Below, one piece after another: positions 59,711 to 64,000 of a stretch of 64,000 bases of DNA. The notes under the pieces were generated by a model. It was not told where the DNA came from, ran no database searches, and worked only from the letters and a program-made list of their open reading frames with translations. Source of the stretch: an uncultured Nitrososphaeraceae archaeon. Lineage in GTDB: Archaea; Thermoproteota; Nitrososphaeria; Nitrososphaerales; Nitrososphaeraceae. Positions within the stretch are counted from its first letter, which is position 1. Every line of letters begins with the position of its first letter. The stretch covers positions 128,001 to 192,000 of the forward strand of contig CAWGVG010000014.1 in NCBI GenBank assembly GCA_963825865.1, in the 5' to 3' direction. A program made the position numbers and the translations under genes.

Positions 59711-60854
59711 CATAAATATATATAAAACTTCAAGAACATAGAGTAAGATTATTTCATTTATTAGATAACTCCATCTGTTATATACATAGTTAGAATACAG
59801 CACAGTCTTCACCTGTTATATCATATTGCATTTTGGTGGTCAGCTGGCTCAATTACTAGATTTTAGCATCCATTTTTTACTACATTACTTATAAGTGACA
59901 GAATATAATTCAGTTCAAATATGTGCCATGTAGGTATTAGATGCAATATTTTACTCTCAAATATGCAAATATGCGCAAAGATGGCACGTATTGCAAATGT
60001 AACTTAGGCAACACAAGCATTATTTAATGAAATCGTTATACATCCCTTTCACCCAATTACACAAACTAGAAAAAGAACATGCTGCTGATTATCATATCGT
60101 TATATCTAAAATGAATTCTCATGTGATCTAATAAATCCATTAAGTGGGAAAAGAAATCATTATGTACAAAGATATAACATAGGCCAAGTCCTTAAATTAT
60201 CTATTATCTAGAATTTATTTTGTAAATCTAATTGTATGACAAATACCCACCAAAACTTGGCAAAGCGATGGCATACATATAGAAATGAAGAAGAAGACAG
60301 GAAAATGGTCCAATAAAGGTCAAAACATTATTTTTATAATAACAGTTTGTATACTAAAATTGATAACATATATTTTGGACAAAGTCCACTGTAAAAAGAA
60401 GCGAATTGTTGAAAAAATTCCTGTTGAATAAACCTTGAGTTGTATTCAAGGTAAGCTCAAAAAGATGGTGGCATAAATTTTAGTCGCAACATCATCATCT
60501 AAAGGAAGTAAAAAGACAAATCTGAGTTATGGATTAGAGAACTGTGTCCTGGTCGCGATTTTTGTTAAAAATTATCATTCGTAAGACCAACTTTAACGAT
60601 CTGTTTGAAGATCTGTCCTTGAGGTAAAGCCTATTTAAAAGACCATAGCAATAACCTACCCTACCCACATAAATGGCAGGCTGCGGGGATATTTCTAGAC
60701 TAATTTGATAGTCAAAGTTTATAATACAATTCATAATGTATATATTATACAGAATAATGTGATAATAATTCTTTATGCAAATAGAATTCAAATAAAATGA
60801 ATATGATATGCTTGCCTACCTTTTAAATCATATAAATTTCAACCAATTAAAGCC

Positions 60855-61019
60855 ATGCATAACGATGACTTAAAGATGATATGGGTATGCCATGAATGTA
60901 GCGCCACATTTGTTTTTCATTCAGATGTAGAAGTTCACAAGGAAAAAACTGAACATTCAAAAATAGAAAAATATGACTTGTTAACCGATAAATCCATAGA
61001 TCTTATTGGTAGTCGTTAA
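60855..61019 (+). CDS. C2H2 zinc-finger microprotein (54 aa, not in ORF track)
   Basis: WVCHECSATFVFHSDVEVHKEKTEH. Confidence 0.65.
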   Translation: MHNDDLKMIWVCHECSATFVFHSDVEVHKEKTEHSKIEKYDLLTDKSIDLIGSR

Positions 61020-61132
61020 CACACGCGAATCTTAGGCTATTCATAACTTGGTATATGGATTGTTTTTGGTAATTCTGAGGCAAAGTTGCAGACTATTATT
61101 AAGAGACTTTATTATACAATCAAAAAACATCA

Positions 61133-61882
61133 TCATCTCTCTCTCCAGATGGCCTTGGTTTTCGCTAGAGCTACAAATCCTACCAAATATACAATCTGTA
61201 CCCCAAGGCCAAGAGCGATCGACCAGTCTTTTGGTACTGGAAATCCCATAGTATATTGCAATATAAGAGAGGCATGCGTAGTTGGTAGTAGGTAACTAAG
61301 ATATTGTAAGGCTAAAGGCAAGCGGTCTATTGAATAATAAACTGGAGGTATAACTGCAAGGACTACGTTTACAAATGAAATTAATTGTGTAGCATTTCGC
61401 ATGTGTAGCATATGAGAAGACAAAAAAAAACCCAGAGATGACATAGATCCCCAGGTTAAGAAAATATTTGATAGTAGAAGAGGTGCATTAATAATTGAAC
61501 TTCCAAAGTATACAGCAAGAAGTGTAAGCACAATTAAAGCAGGCAAACCAAACAAAAGTTCTGATAGAGCCAATCCTGTCATGTATGTAAGTGGAGAAAC
61601 GGGTGAAGCGACAAAAATATCTTGAATCTTGTATTCTGTCTTGTAAAATGAAATGTCCTGTCCAAGTGCAAGCCCATAACCTACTAATGCCATCACAAGA
61701 CTCCCAGCAATAGCAAATTGGACGTAATGGCCATTACTAACCACAAATAAAACAAACAATAATGAAAAGGGGCTTATGGCAGTAAAGACCATAGACATCG
61801 GATTTCTACGTAGCCACAAAAACCCAGTTAAATAAGCTATAAGAAATGCCTGCTTAATTGCAAATGTTTTTTTTAACATCAT
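61133..61882 (-). CDS. ABC-2 type transporter permease
   Basis: About six TM helices, ASPVS, PPVYYSIDRLP..LQYLSYLLPTTH. Confidence 0.88.
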   Translation of the reverse strand: MMLKKTFAIKQAFLIAYLTGFLWLRRNPMSMVFTAISPFSLLFVLFVVSNGHYVQFAIAGSLVMALVGYGLALGQDISFYKTEYKIQDIFVASPVSPLTYMTGLALSELLFGLPALIVLTLLAVYFGSSIINAPLLLSNIFLTWGSMSSLGFFLSSHMLHMRNATQLISFVNVVLAVIPPVYYSIDRLPLALQYLSYLLPTTHASLILQYTMGFPVPKDWSIALGLGVQIVYLVGFVALAKTKAIWRER

Positions 61883-62482
61883 CTAACCTCTGGTATCCCG
61901 CAAACGTAATAATTAAGTTATACGCAAAATTTCGTCTATTTTTGCGGATAGCATTACCCCAATTCCTCATATTTAAAACCATTAGATTAATTGAACGGAC
62001 TTGGTCATGATCTGATATTACTGTTGGAAATCTACTGTAATTGTTAATAAAGCAAAGCTTCTTGAAAAGAATGGCAAAACTTCAAGCAATGGAATTCATT
62101 GCTTTTGTTTTGTATTACTTACTGTTGCTGGATTTTTTTTCATTAAGGATTAGCCTCATCAGCCATCCATATTAAAAAACGTCCGTGTCAGTACTTAGAG
62201 TGTTCTGATATTCATGAAAATAAGAAAAATCTTTCAAGTATTGATGTATACATGAATGTCAATCTTATCTCAAAATACATTCTATAAATATTGTTAAAAA
62301 TGACATGTCCCAAAAAAGAATTATTTTATTATATTCTGTTAAAGGGCAGTTTAATGTTGAACACTAGATATAGATAATCTTCACATTACGTGGTTAGCAT
62401 GAATTTTATTCATGAGAAATAGAGAACTAATCATAGCGTGTATTACCTTTCTCTGTCTACAATTATCTGAATAATAATCCTT

Positions 62483-63335
62483 TCATTCCTCTGATGATCG
62501 ATCCATTAATTCAGCTATTTTCTTTTCGTTCTTTGAAAAACCCATCATATGGCCTCTTAGTAGCTGAATTCCAAGCGCAGGATCTATACCTTTCGGGCAT
62601 ACTACACTACAAGAGCCGGCGAAGTGGCATCTCCAAATACCGTGTCTTTCATCTACAATATGCAGACGCTCTTTAATAGCATTATCCCTTGTGTCAGCAT
62701 AGTATCTGTATACTTGTGACAAAGCCTGAGGGCCAGGGAATTCTGTATCTGTAGCGACAGTGGGACAGGCGGAATAACATAAACCACATTTGATGCAATT
62801 AGAGAATTGCAAATATTTATCAACATCTTCTGGACTTTGTTTGAATTCTGATAATTTCCTCGTATCTTTGATATCTGCATTGTTATTATGGATATAAGGC
62901 TGCATTTCTTTATGGTGCTTAAAGAATTGTGAAAAGTCTGTTACAAGGTCACGTATATGGGGGAAGTTTATGAGTGGCTCACAGGTGATTGTACTACCAG
63001 CCAGTTCTGAAACCTTTGTATAGCAAGCAAGCCTAGGAATTCCATTAATTTTCATTCCACACGAGCCGCATGATGCCATTCTGCAAGAGTATCTTATCCC
63101 AATGCTACTATCCTGATAACTCTTTGCATAAAGAAGTGCGTCAAGCACTGTTGTCCACCGCTGTACCTGGTACTTCAAATCTATCAAAATGTGCGGAATC
63201 TCCCATTTTGCCTCTTGCTCGAAATACTTTTAAGAGTACCTTTTCAGGAGTTGTCTCATTCTTTTTATCATCATCTACTCTATTTTTCTTTCCTAACATA
63301 CGAATCTTGTCTATTGGTTCATCCATTTTATTCAA
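62483..63335 (-). CDS. sdhB: Succinate dehydrogenase iron-sulfur subunit (frameshift near 63170)
   Basis: SCRMASCGSCG, CIKCGLCYSACP, CHFAGSCSVVCP. Confidence 0.95.
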
Positions 63336-63683
63336 ATCCCAAGTCCGTTAGCCACGAGTATTGTTCTAGTGCCATACGCAACGATAGTTATCATCGCAAC
63401 TATGGTAAATATGGTAACACCATTTTCCCAGTGCTTGTTCTGTCTTAATTCAATTAATATGATTCTCAAACCGTTAAAGCCATGGAGTGCGATAGAGTAC
63501 AAGTATTGATTCAAGAAGTATTGCGTATAATATATTATGATAATTTGTAATAACGTTCTCATACTCTAGACTTATACTAAACGGCATTATCAGACGCATT
63601 ATGATATGTACAGCTACTACAAATAGCGCTGCTAAGCCTGTGATATAGTGTATTTTCATTATTTGACTTTCTCTAAGCGTCAT
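63332..63683 (-). CDS. sdhD: Succinate dehydrogenase membrane anchor (frameshifted)
   Basis: HYITG, HGFNGLRIIL; upstream of sdhB. Confidence 0.8.
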
Positions 63684-63712
63684 GTTTCTTTTCTCAATGC
63701 TCTCCTTCTCTT

Positions 63713-64000
63713 CTATTTTTCACCGAATAGTACACTAGCGCCATATAACATCGCTACTGCCGCCAATATTAATGCGACCCATATTCCAGACCTCTGACGA
63801 TAATTAAGTGAGATAGCATCATAAGGATAATCAGGTCTCCCAGGTCTCCCAAGTCCTTTACCAACATGTGTAAATATCAATCTGATCCCGTTTGACGAAT
63901 GAAAGGTACTCGTTCCAATTACCAGTATCAAAAAAAGGTGTCCCCAAGGTGTTTGAGTAAGTTGTAACAGTGCATTCCACGCATCTAGACCACGGGTTAG
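63713..64000 (-). CDS. sdhC: Succinate dehydrogenase cytochrome b subunit, 5' end outside window
   Basis: FHSSNGIRLI; operon position. Confidence 0.78.
   Translation of the reverse strand, partial: LTRGLDAWNALLQLTQTPWGHLFLILVIGTSTFHSSNGIRLIFTHVGKGLGRPGRPDYPYDAISLNYRQRSGIWVALILAAVAMLYGASVLFGEK

Overview
AT-rich archaeal chromosome segment. Gene content (AglB, aIF2-gamma/S6e/PIN cluster, topoisomerase VI, archaeal TyrRS, UPF0147, sensor-less histidine kinases, Asn-rich linkers, urease) points to a soil ammonia-oxidising archaeon (Nitrososphaeraceae); this is inferred from family recognition, not from a search. 1-27 kb is accessory: two-component fragments, a secreted TGAPSP tandem-repeat protein, two broken tyrosine integrases, IS6-like and PriX-like debris, a beta-helix protein with an AlgG-like motif, many zinc-finger microproteins, and three copies of a promoter/signal-peptide cassette for small secreted Cys-pair proteins, two of which also share a terminator-like element. 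27-36.7 kb is a urea-utilisation locus (urea transporter, ureABC, ureEFGD) with a group II-type chaperonin and two unknown ORFs embedded in it. 37-64 kb is mostly housekeeping. Many core genes carry single-base frameshifts, most likely long-read consensus errors, so frameshifted genes are reported as joined CDSs with approximate boundaries. No tRNA, rRNA or CRISPR array was recognised.
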